Part shown: positions 53,220-64,000 of the stretch, one piece after another
Layout of the letters: each line of letters starts with the position of its first letter
How positions within the stretch are numbered: position 1 is the first letter of the stretch
Assembly: GCF_964204865.1 (NCBI RefSeq)
Contig: NC_135260.1
Coordinates: 20,274,001 to 20,338,000 of the forward strand
Direction of reading: 5' to 3'
Source of the DNA: Styela clava
Taxonomy: Eukaryota
DNA: 64,000 bases
The notes under the pieces: generated by a model
The model's database searches: none
Told to the model about the DNA's origin: nothing
The model's input: only the letters and a program-made list of their open reading frames with translations
Translations under genes and position numbers: made by a program

Positions 53220-54099
53220 GTCAGAATTTTCCTCTGTTAGATAGAATTGCAAAGATTGCCTTATGTAAAAAAAGTATTGGCAACTACCAGTGCCATAAAT
53301 TATGCTCGTATATAACATGCTCGGCGTTGTGAACATGCTTGCATCCGCTAAGCAAATCACTCTCATGCCCTCCTTCACTGGGGATTTTCCCACTAGGGAC
53401 TGTTGCAATTAAGATTAAATATCGTGGATTCGATTCGAATCATAGAAGATCCAAATCGCGGCCCATCTTCAATAAAAATTACCGTACATTACATATTTTT
53501 ATGAGTTGAAAAGTGTTTGGAAGGGAATTCCACTCCATAAAAATATATTTAATTTTCGATCGGCGTTCTAAGGCATTAATCTTCCGCTCCATTGATATAA
53601 AAAAAAAATAATGATAAAATAACATTCTGCGACCACACTGGTTTGAGAACATCCGAAATGAAACTGCAGTTGAAAGACAAGTTGCAAAAAATGAACAGAA
53701 CAATTTTATTCTGTGAACGTGAACAGAAGCATATCAATATATTATAGTAGCCGTAAAAGCCGGATTCATCATCAATTTTTATTATTGAAAATGTTTTTTG
53801 CATGAATTAGTGCCGGTGGGGTCACTTTTGACCCGTGGTTCAATGGTTCGCCCTGTTATGGGGAGATTATTATTAACTTTTGTGCAACGCGTTAAATATC
53901 AAAAAGTATGTTCCGTCTTTAACTCGGATCCTTCATTTCGGGATTTAACAAAATATCAGAAGCTGATCCGGATCTATTTGTTCCTGTTATAAATTGCAAA
54001 ATATTACGTTTCGGCATTCCCGAAAAATCGCACAATGAAAAAAAAGAAACTGTCTTTTAAAATATTAATTGATGCATGCTATGATCGTCGATGTTATTA

Positions 54100-54262
54100 A
54101 AATTTGTTAGACATCTTTTGCATTCTTATTAACAAACGGCAAATTGCTTTTTAGGTGTCGAAATTGCTTAAACGATTGTAACGAATTGTTGAAGAATATA
54201 ACAAAAACATATACATGTATATAAATATCAAATTTTCGCGTCACAGTGTGCTATTCCAGCCG
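54100..54262 (+). repeat. ~170-bp direct repeat, second copy about 56600-56763
   Basis: TGTTAGACATCTTTTGCATTCTT...CGCGTCACAGTGTG nearly identical at both sites. Confidence 0.85.
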
Positions 54263-54778
54263 TTATAACTACCGTTATTCAAATTTTTTGTCAGCCGGTT
54301 CCATTATACAAATGTCGAATTTTCAGGCAGTTCTGTTACAAAAAGTCATGTAATGCTAATCGGTTCGCTGATCTCCTAAAATTCCATGAGACGGTTCTAT
54401 AGAACCGGGGCGAACCGGCTGAATCCCACTACTGCATACAGCGCCAATTAATATACAAATACAACCATTTTGTTGAAGTACATACACAGTCAACACCATA
54501 TTTATGTTCAGTCACTCAATATAATATACGTATACAGCGACTCAAGTAATGTACACAATCAGCCAAAATCATATGTATAGTCAACTATATGCACTTATGG
54601 AGGCATTTAAACGATGCCATACAAACACCGCCAATCCATTTCATATAGACGCACTTACTGTATATTACTATACTGTATACTATTTGAGCGTAACGACGTG
54701 TACAATATCAGCCGCTCGTGGTGCACGAATATATACAATAGGTTGCAAGCTATGATGCCATACGATAAAGCCCCACAA

Positions 54779-55673
54779 CAGGGGTGGGCAATTACTTTCC
54801 TGAGTGGGCCGGATGCGGATAACAGAATTGGTTACTGGGCCGGATGATCAAAATTCAGTATAATCAGAAACGGTTATTTGCAAATACCTAGAGTCCTAGA
54901 CACAATGATCAATGGGCCGTTATTACAGGGGCTGGCAAATTACCGCAGCAGCGCAAAGAAAGTTGATAGAAAAAAAAGCTTAACAGCTGGGCTATTGAGC
55001 TAGGATAACGTTAATAATAAAGATAGCACAATGTAACAATTGCGGTCATGATGGCCGTATTTGATAAATAAATTATTGAAATCAAAGAAAATAAAAGGTG
55101 CGCATTCCTGTCGTTTACGAACAAAATTACTGTAACTTGGGATTTAGGAGGCAAGTGTTATTTGATTGATTTTATTTTGAATCCAAAATAGGAAACGGGG
55201 ATTTCAATGGCAACAGTCGTCGTGATTACCCATTTGTTGAAATTGCCGACTTTTTCACCGTTGATGATTTTTCTGTTGCGCAAAATATTCAGTTCAAGAC
55301 TATTACAAGAATTAAAAATGTCTTGCCATATCAATTTAATATGTAATATAATTAATTTAATTATATATTAAGAAAACGAGCGATCTTGGTCATTTGATTA
55401 ATTTGAGCCACTTAAGATTATTTTTAAGAAATCACCATTTGCAAAATTCCATGGTCGGTCATAAAATCCCACGAGTACAATTCAATACGATAAAGTAAAA
55501 GCATTGCAACTTTGAAATAATGCGGCGATATGACGCAGCACAAACACATATTTGGGATCCGCTGGGATTTGCTATAGTTTCCGATCCGATGAAAAATAAT
55601 GAAATTTTTGGAATTTACCAGGTCAAAAATAGAGCTTTGAAAACGAAATTTATGATGTTCTGCATTATATTTT

Positions 55674-55708
<35 letters not shown>

Positions 55709-56234
55709 TATGACTCCGCTCCTTTCTTACAATAATCACTTCCTCATTTTCAGTCGCTAATTGGATTTGCGGATTAATTTTTTAGTTTGTATTTAGTCTC
55801 TCGTTTCGGATGATCACACAATAAGGAGTTTTGCACACTTCACGCACAGTTCCAAGTAAATCCTTTCCTCGGCGTCCTCATAATACAGGGATAATTCCCT
55901 GTAATATAGTTTATCGATATATTACTGATGTTCACGTCTTAAATACCCATGACATGCTGAAGTAACTATCAGCGATTTCAACTCAATCCCATGAGGAGGA
56001 GCTGGCGTTTTTGAATTATTATACAGAAATTATTCAGATGTTTATATTCAGGGCTGATAGTACGTGTGGAATTACAATATTTACATTTGCGGACGATTTG
56101 CTGTTTCTCCGATCTCTTCAACGATAATTTTTAAGCATGAAAACTATAGCCTAATTTCAGCACGAACAAGTGGGCCGGATAAAACACTAAAGTGGGCCGG
56201 ATCCGGCCCGCGGGCCGTAATTTGCCCACCCCTG
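54779..56234. mobile_element. hAT-type non-autonomous element containing a (TA)n tract at about 55678-55705
   Basis: TIRs CAGGGGTGGGCAA / TTGCCCACCCCTG; flanking duplication CCCACAA (7 bp exact); subterminal TGGGCCGGAT repeats. Confidence 0.88.
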
Positions 56235-56814
56235 CCCACAATATCTTATTGTGATAACATGAAGAATGGGTGGCTGCCAACGACGACATTGAAAATCTCT
56301 TTTCAGTGAACTATTCTTCGGCCATGTGCCAAAGATAAACTAACCAAATTAAAGTTTTGTGCAAACTATCATTATTCACGTTACATATTGATTAATCAGG
56401 AAAGCATCGCCAAATTACGTTTATAAAACGAAGCCATGTTCGTTGACGAATTGAGGCAGTGTGGATACGCTTACAGAAACAATAAAACCGCTGTTGATTG
56501 AAATATGAAAAACGACCTGCATTTATCGTAAAGTGGATGTAATAAAATTAAATGTTATGATTTTATATGATTCAGAAGAATCAATCCTCGATATTAATAA
56601 AATGTGTTAGACATCTTTTGCATTCTTCTTAACAAACTGCAAATTGCTTTTTAGGTGTCGAAATTGCTTAAACAATTGTAACGAATTGTTGAAGAATATA
56701 CCAAAAACATATACATGTGTATAAATGTTAAATTTTCGCGTCACAGTGTGATTTTCCAGCCGTTTTAAAAACCATATTGTTTCCTAACAAATTTCAAAAA
56801 GTTGGTAAGAGTTT

Positions 56815-59760
56815 AGTATTTAATTAATTGCAACTATTTTCTGTATCAGCTTTTCATGAAGACAGAAACTGATTTCCATGAAAAATATCAAAGAGATTAG
56901 CTGAAACAACGACTAAGAAAAAATAAAATTGTGGATAGTTAATACTAAAGTACGCATTTGCCTAATTTATGAACTACCTAAACACCAGTGTCTTGCAACC
57001 TCAATCAAATAAGATAAGGTGCAAAATACTGACGATATGGGTAAGTAGGAATAAATCAATGTAGAATAAATAACTACGCTAAGTGTTGGCGTTTTTACCG
57101 TAAGCTATCACCAAAATGGAATTATTGTAGATATTAGTTACCTATCAACATAGTTACTATCCATTAGCCAAATGTATATTTGAAATAGTCTCAACTCTCA
57201 ATATTGGAGGAAGTGAAGATTTCACTTTTGTCAGTTTCTGTCTTATTCAGTTTCAAACGATTTTATCAGATGAAAATCCGTCTGGGTCGTTTATGCACAT
57301 TTCATGATTATTTCAGTCATTGTTGTATTACAATTTACGTTCAAATTAATTGAAAGTATAAGCAAATTCTGATGAAATTGGACGAAAAAAATCTATTTAT
57401 AGAAGATTAGAATGAAAATTGCACTTGATGACTAAAATTATTCAAATTAAGAAAAAAATTACTAATAACAATGTTGGTTTCTGAAACTCTCTTAATTTCG
57501 AGGTATATTGTAAGACCCTATTGACGCCATAACGGTATGAAGGTGCTCAGCGGATTCAGCTCAGCGATGTCATTCTCTGACAATAACCTAGGAATCCTGG
57601 AGGCGACCTAAAAATGTCACGGTGTTGTGACGTTATGGAAAATATCCTTTTTTATTTCTGTAATTTCATAATGTTGAAAATTTGGCGCAATTGATAGATA
57701 AACCACTCATATGCGATTGTTCTATCTACATGGGTGCAATACGAAAAGTTCGGGACATCAAGCATCTTGCAGAAACACAGGAAGGGACAACCAAAAACGG
57801 GAACGATAAAAAGGTTGCTTATGATTTCTATCTATAGTCGTTTAGACTTTAGTTGAATATTGTTTCCATCCATTTTTACACAGGTATAATTTACGCCACA
57901 ATTTGTAATTCCATTTCCAATGTTTTCAAATGAAAAAAAAAATTAACGATGCAGCATTCTCGAGATTATAAGCGTATACTGCTTGATATTCATCCAGAAC
58001 AACGTGCGTCCCCCAGGGGCATAGACTGTCGGACCCGCCAGCTGATACGGTTTTAATTCACAATTACAAATTCCAGAATCCCCCTCCCACTTTAAAAATT
58101 CCTGGTTACGCAACTGGCGTCCTCGTCAACTACAGCTTTAATTTTTATTAGAACAGACGGCAAATGTATATTATGACCTTTTTGTTTTCGGCGAATAGGG
58201 GATTACAGCTCTGTAGACCAAAGATGAATGTGGCAACAGTCTCTCTACTTCTGATGGTAAGCTTGGTTGAAATTGAAGCAGCACCATTCACTCAACTCAA
58301 ATGTTTTCAGTTTCGCTACAAATTGGGACAGCAGCAATGTGCACCAAGTAAGAATTTTGTCTCAGATTGTTTCAGTTATCAAATTAAAAGGTCACACTTA
58401 AACAATTCTCGGCAGCCTTTTTGAATACCATTTTTGTTGTTACAGAAAGAGGCTTCAAAGGTGATTTAGTACCATGGTACAACTTATGTAACAAAAAATT
58501 GGTTCAGTTTGAAGATTGCAATAAACATTCCGGTAATATGCATTGCTGCGTTCACGACTGCAGATGCGTCTTGAGAGGAGGTGGGTATAAACAATAACAC
58601 AACAGCTGATACCATGTATCATCATTTTATCTTTGGAGTACACAGTTATAAGTATTAATTAATATACACGATGAGCAAAGAATGTATGGATTTGTATGCC
58701 ACAAATTCGAAAAAGCGGGGTCACGTGAAATAACATGGTATTTGACACTCTTCTGTATTTCTTTCCCGTCGAATTTGTTGAAATCCCTCAAAACTATACA
58801 TTTTACCTCGACGATGAAAAGTTATCGCAGTGGATGAAGACAGAAGTAGAAGAAGGATGTGAACCAGAAAAGAAATATCCCATTTCCGGAAAGATGAGAA
58901 AATCTGAAAGTACCAATTACAATTCTGATCCACAACCAAGATAAAGATTTGACAATCCAGGAAACAGATTTAGTTAAAAGTTCAGTTAACGCGGTCCCAG
59001 AAACTACTGTAGCAAGCAGCAAATGGAACGTTTCGCGGCGTATTGATAGTGATAAATAGAAATGTTTTGTTGAAAGAAGTGGCCCGTATTCATCTAACTT
59101 AAATTATGATATTGATTTATACATACTCACACATACTATACTGTAATGACTAAAAATAAAACGAGAAAAACCTAAAAAGAAAACAGAAAGAGAGAACCAG
59201 AAAAACTGTCAAAATGGTTTTTGTTACTCATATTAATAATATTGTAAGAACTGCCATTGAATACCGCGAAGTAAACAAACAAACATACAGAAGTAAACGA
59301 TGAAGAAAAAGAATTTATTAAGAAGTATCGCCAAATATTTTTGATGCAAAATTTCCGAGAATTTATACAAGTTGAATGCACGAAGAGACGAGCTATACGC
59401 TATTCACCTGTTGCATAAGTAACCAAATCAGATTTCAGATAATATGAATTAATAAAAGCGATCAATGAGTATGATTAAATTATGGTACTGAGATAGGAAA
59501 ATCTGGCAGGAAGATTATGTTAGATATTAAAGGCCAAAGTCGGGCTCATTATTTATAGCCATCAAATTCTGATGGGAATACGTGGATAGAGCCTGACGTT
59601 AGATATGGTCAATTGGAAATTAGCATAGGATAGTTATCAAAGTCTTCATACACGTTACAAACATAATTGACGAACAAGCAAGCTGTTAAATTAATATTTG
59701 ACCGCTGTGAAGCAACCTGAACATTGAAAAATGAATCTACGGGTAAATGTTCTCAATAAG
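56815..59760. repeat. Segmental duplicate unit 4 (inverted)
   Basis: Reverse complement of about 1-1960 / 14950-16900, plus downstream homology to 13100-13460. Confidence 0.88.
58224..58944 (+). pseudogene. Cys-rich secreted protein family, copy 4 (exons 58224-58347, 58446-58580; exon 3 acceptor lost)
   Basis: Exons 1-2 open but C52 changed to W; exon 3 acceptor TTCTAG changed to TTCCCG; exon 3 frame stops at 58944; about 100 bp deleted just upstream of the ATG. Confidence 0.7.
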
Positions 59761-62700
59761 GTCAGTAGCGTACCATACGTATACTGCCAAGAATATGCAT
59801 ATACGCCAACTCATATACATATACAGCCAACCAAATATACATAATTATACTGTCATATGCATATATAGCCAACTCAATACACAAATACAGCCATTTTGGT
59901 GATTCACAAAACTGCCAGATCATTTCATAAGAATACAATGTATGTATATGAGGTTGCACCTAACTGCGGTTAGATCGTTAAGTCGGCGATCTCTGATCGC
60001 TATCTTGTATTCAATGTTCTCCAATTTCGCTGCGCCAACTTGAGTTAAACAACGACGTTCACTAATTATTTCGTTACGCAGTGACGTTACGCAATTACGT
60101 TGCAACGTAGCAGCTCTGCGTTCATGATGAAAACACATATCGCTTTCCCTCGCAAGTGTCAAACTTCATTAACCTAAAGCATACGTTTAAAGCAGGTATT
60201 ATTTGAACTGGTATTGAGATCGGGATTAAATTTAGTTTTGGCACGAGGATTATTGTTTTCCACTTTTGCTTTTGTAACACTGTAAATATTGTGCTTAAAA
60301 TGTACCTTTTACGTCACATTTACATGGCCCGCCAGTCTGGACGGGCAAATTTTTGGCCCCCTTGTCCAAAAACCTTGCCCACCCCTTCCCTAACTGATTG
60401 AAACGCATGTTAAAAACTATTGATCGCTCATAACAATGATGTCGCCGCCAGTCGCCTCAAAAAACTATATATTCATTTTGGTATACACGTGAACAATAAA
60501 ATATGCAATATTTTTGAGTCTTCGATTCGCGTAAAAATGAAACATGCTCTGGATCAACTCAGGGGGGATTCACCATTATCTCTTTCGAATCGTGTTTATT
60601 ACGTGCAATCATTTCCCTAAAAAGAGAGCAATTGAAAACATGGAGAATTTTAGAATTTTTACATGCACTACTAAATTGCATGTACCACATTGTATTGTAC
60701 CACATTGTATTGACGAGTGACATCTATCATTTGTGCACGCGACATAGTAAGAAGTATATGGAATCATGTAGAAGCATTGTAGTCAAAAGATTTTTCTTTT
60801 TCTTATTGATATGTAAGAATTTCGAAATAGCCGCCTAGAATTAACGGTGGGTGGTGGCTGGAAATGCAGTTCACAACCAAGGTGCACATTGACCCATGTT
60901 TACGTTTGTATAATGGCTGCCCAAAAATAGGAATTATAATTCAACAGCTACCTGCAAACCATTAGGCGAAAAATATGAACTACGGTGTATATTTGTGAGC
61001 ACATGTTGCTGTAGCATGGTCAAAAACGTATTTTTCTGCTTTTCAATTATGACGTCACGGACTCGGCAGATTCGATTCGAGTCCTTGACCTATTACTCGG
61101 ACTCGTCGAATCTCTGCAATGCCGGACTCGTCCCATTCCTAATTACAACGCATAAAATTTAAAGGTCGCCGCGGCTGGTGTTTTCTCTTATCAACTTATT
61201 GGCAGGATATTTCGATTTTGGCCTTTGTTTTTTAGGAATTATTATCTATGTTTAATCAAGATGCATATATATTTTTCTTTCTCAAGAATCAAGGCTCAAA
61301 CTTCTTGAATTTGAGTCTTACTACCAACGGATATATGTATTGTGTGCCAAACAGATCAGATGATACATGGTTTATATACATTAACTGTGATTCTTTGATA
61401 GTGAATTTAGGGGGAGCTGACTTCGATCTCTCCAGTCTATACCGAATTGATATATATTTTGCATATATTTTATTGTACCCTTGCTTGTTTTCTGGTTGAC
61501 GAAATAATAAATCTCTCTCTCTCTCTCATTCGAATATAGCGTTCAACCGCGCCGATGCTGATAGAATTGGAACTCCAGCTGTGAAAGACAAAATTCAGGA
61601 TTGCGTAATATCTCGTAAAGCGTTCCGCAGAACAACGTCGCCTGAACGTCAATGACTAATTGTACTTTGCGTCGTTAGGAAGTTTTTTACGTTTTTCTCA
61701 AAACTGCTAAAAATGACTTACGCAATTCGGTTTTTAGCGTGACGATATGTATGTAGAATATTATTTCGCGCCAATATTGATGCCTTTCATAATATAAATT
61801 TGTTTCCCAGTCACTTTTCTGACAGATAAAGTTGACTGCTGGAAACATAATTTCCCATCTTGCCACAACGTCGCTTTTAAAATTTTGAAACGTTTTCTTA
61901 ATATAACGTTAAATATTCACGCAAAAGAGGAGACAAATGAAATTATTGAAAAACAGTATGTTAGTAAAACTGCAGCAAAAGCTCAAGTCAAATAGATAAT
62001 ATATTATTTTACACACTCCCGATTATTAGATGTTCCTGTAACCTTGATATATATGTGCCGTTATGCTTCATTCCATGCCAGTAGTAAATTTTTGTTAAAT
62101 ATTTTGGCAATGTACGCACCTTGTTGAAAATTTGCGATACGCATGTTTTAATATCATGACATGTACGAATAGTTGTAAGTTTTGTATTGTAATTTGTATT
62201 GTAGTTCTGTCAGTTTGTTAAAATAAGTTCTGTTCAATTAGCGATACTTACATCAGGAATTTTCATATTGAAATGTGTATCTCTTTGTTTAATATTTTTG
62301 GTCTTATTGGGCGTTGACTTATCGAGAAAAGTTGGATGACTTTGAAAGAAGCTTATTGGTTTTGGATGAATTATGTCGTATAATTAACGAGTTATCAATT
62401 AACTAGTGATGGGACACACGGTGTCGCTATGGAGTAAGAGCGGATGAATCGAAACCGCAGTTTCTGTTTTGGGAGTTCCCCTAACTTTCGATCGATAAAT
62501 TTTGGCTCGATTTTTTTGGTACGTCGCGCAATTCAAAATAAATATGTAAAATATACATATAATAAATACTTAGCGACGATTTGTGAAGATGTCGCTGCGA
62601 TCATGACACTCGCTGATAATACCGCCTACTTTGTCAGTTGATAATAATTTTTCCATTGCGCAAAATATTCAATTTGAGGCCGATTCGAGCATTTTAAAGT

Positions 62701-63164
62701 GTCTTTCCATAATAATTTCGTTCAACATATTTCGCAATTGCGTCGACTTACGTTAAAATAAAAGCACTTCTACTGTAGATATGAAAATACGTGGTGAGCT
62801 GCACGAATAAATCCAGCTTTTTGATTCGTATTTTTGCGATCTTGCGAATTTATTAAATTTGAGCTAATATATATTGCAATTCCAATGAGTATGATTTATT
62901 AAGTACAATAAATGCAGATATTAATAAATCAAAATATTCGGGAGAAAAGTCGGGTGCGGTCTCGTCGGTATATAACGCCGAAAATTATTTTATTTTGCCC
63001 GGAACTGGAATCGCCGTTATCTATCGTCGTACTTATCTATTTCAGCAAAGTTTAACTTGACAGACTTTGTATGGTGTCATGTTTTTCATTTACTCACCTA
63101 GAGTGATAAGTAAAGTTGTTCAAAAACTGGTGCAACATTATTTTGGCTCTGTTAATTTAGTTTA

Positions 63165-63752
63165 AAAGGTATTTGATATTTTTATACTCTATCCAACTGT
63201 AGTAAAATTATGCGTGAAATTTAGAAATTAGTAATATATATTACTAAATATTCCAAATCTAATTTGCATATTAACTCCCCAAAGAGGTCAAGTTTATTTT
63301 ATCATTATCTGAAAGGTATTTTTATACTCTATCCAACTGTAGTAAACTTATGTGAAGCAAGTCTTCAGAAAATAGTAATATATACTACTAAATATTGACC
63401 AAAAAAATCCTTTCGAACTTGGCAGAGGAATATTTCAAAGCTAATTTGCCTATTAACTCCCCAAAGAGGTCAAGTTTATTTTATTATTATCTGAAAGGTA
63501 TTTTTATACTCTATCCAACTGTAGTGAACTTATGCGTGGCAAGTCTTTAGAAAATGGTAATATACATTACTAAATATTTACTGAAAATAAATCATTTCAG
63601 ACGTAGCAGAGCGCTAATTTGACATTTCAAAGCTAATTTGCATATTAACTCCCCACAAAGGTCAAGTTTTATTTTTCATTTTCAGTAAGGTATTGTTATG
63701 TTTCGTTCAACTATATTAAACTTATACGTGGCAAGTCTTCAGAAAATAGTAA
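63165..63752. repeat. Tandem repeat, about 3.5 units of 135-190 bp
   Basis: TTTTTATACTCTATCCAACTGTAGT and TATTAACTCCCCAAAGAGGTCAAGTTT recur. Confidence 0.88.
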
Positions 63753-63837
63753 TTTTTGTTTGTGAATTTCGAGAGCACGAAATGTAATATTGTTAGTAAA
63801 TCCTCTTTATGTCTTCTATATCATAGCCTACTTGTTG

Positions 63838-64000
63838 CGCGGCGGTGTGGCTCAACGGGCTAAGCGTTAGGAATACGCTCGCCACCGCACCTCTAACTAC
63901 TCTGCGTGGGTTTGCAGGTTCGAATCCCATGCAGGGATGGTTATGTGTGAGAGGATTGCTGGACTCCTCGCCGTCGTTGGGTGGTTCACGTAACCGCTGG
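63838..64000 (+). mobile_element. tRNA-derived SINE (runs off the window)
   Basis: Pol III A box TGGCTCAACGGG (63848-63859) and B box GGTTCGAATCC (63917-63927) with long spacing and no tRNA acceptor stem or T-run terminator. Confidence 0.7.

Noticed and set aside
63165-63752. CRISPR-like array
   Set aside because: Entire units including the would-be spacers are homologous; eukaryotic context and no cas genes
63838-63935. tRNA gene
   Set aside because: A and B boxes are present but there is no acceptor stem or terminator; fits a SINE head

Overview
AT-rich eukaryotic (animal) genomic DNA with compact GT-AG introns and dense transposon content. The style would fit an invertebrate such as a tunicate, but that is inference only. 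Host genes: (1) a 12-exon SLC5/sodium:solute symporter gene (SMCT/SMVT/NIS-like, 47822-53219, +) with no clean terminal exon; (2) a four-copy family encoding a small, Cys-rich, signal-peptide protein that I cannot assign to a known family. One copy is complete (191 aa, 3 exons, 14795-15730, -), one is intact as far as the window edge, and two are damaged; each sits in a 3-5.5 kb segmental duplicate, one of them inverted; (3) a probable heavily decayed Toll-like-receptor pseudogene (LRR-LRRCT-TM-TIR order, about 30150-31500). Mobile DNA: a full-length, recently inserted but ORF-broken BEL/Pao LTR retrotransposon (32283-39490, GCTGT TSD); two nested Ty3/Gypsy elements, both lacking a tRNA PBS and carrying instead a covarying LTR/PBS inverted repeat (candidate self-priming); decayed hAT transposases; many hAT-type MITEs with 8-bp TSDs; LINE remnants; a DINE/HINE-like element; a tRNA-derived SINE; and several minisatellites. 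All calls come from manual reading and no searches were run.
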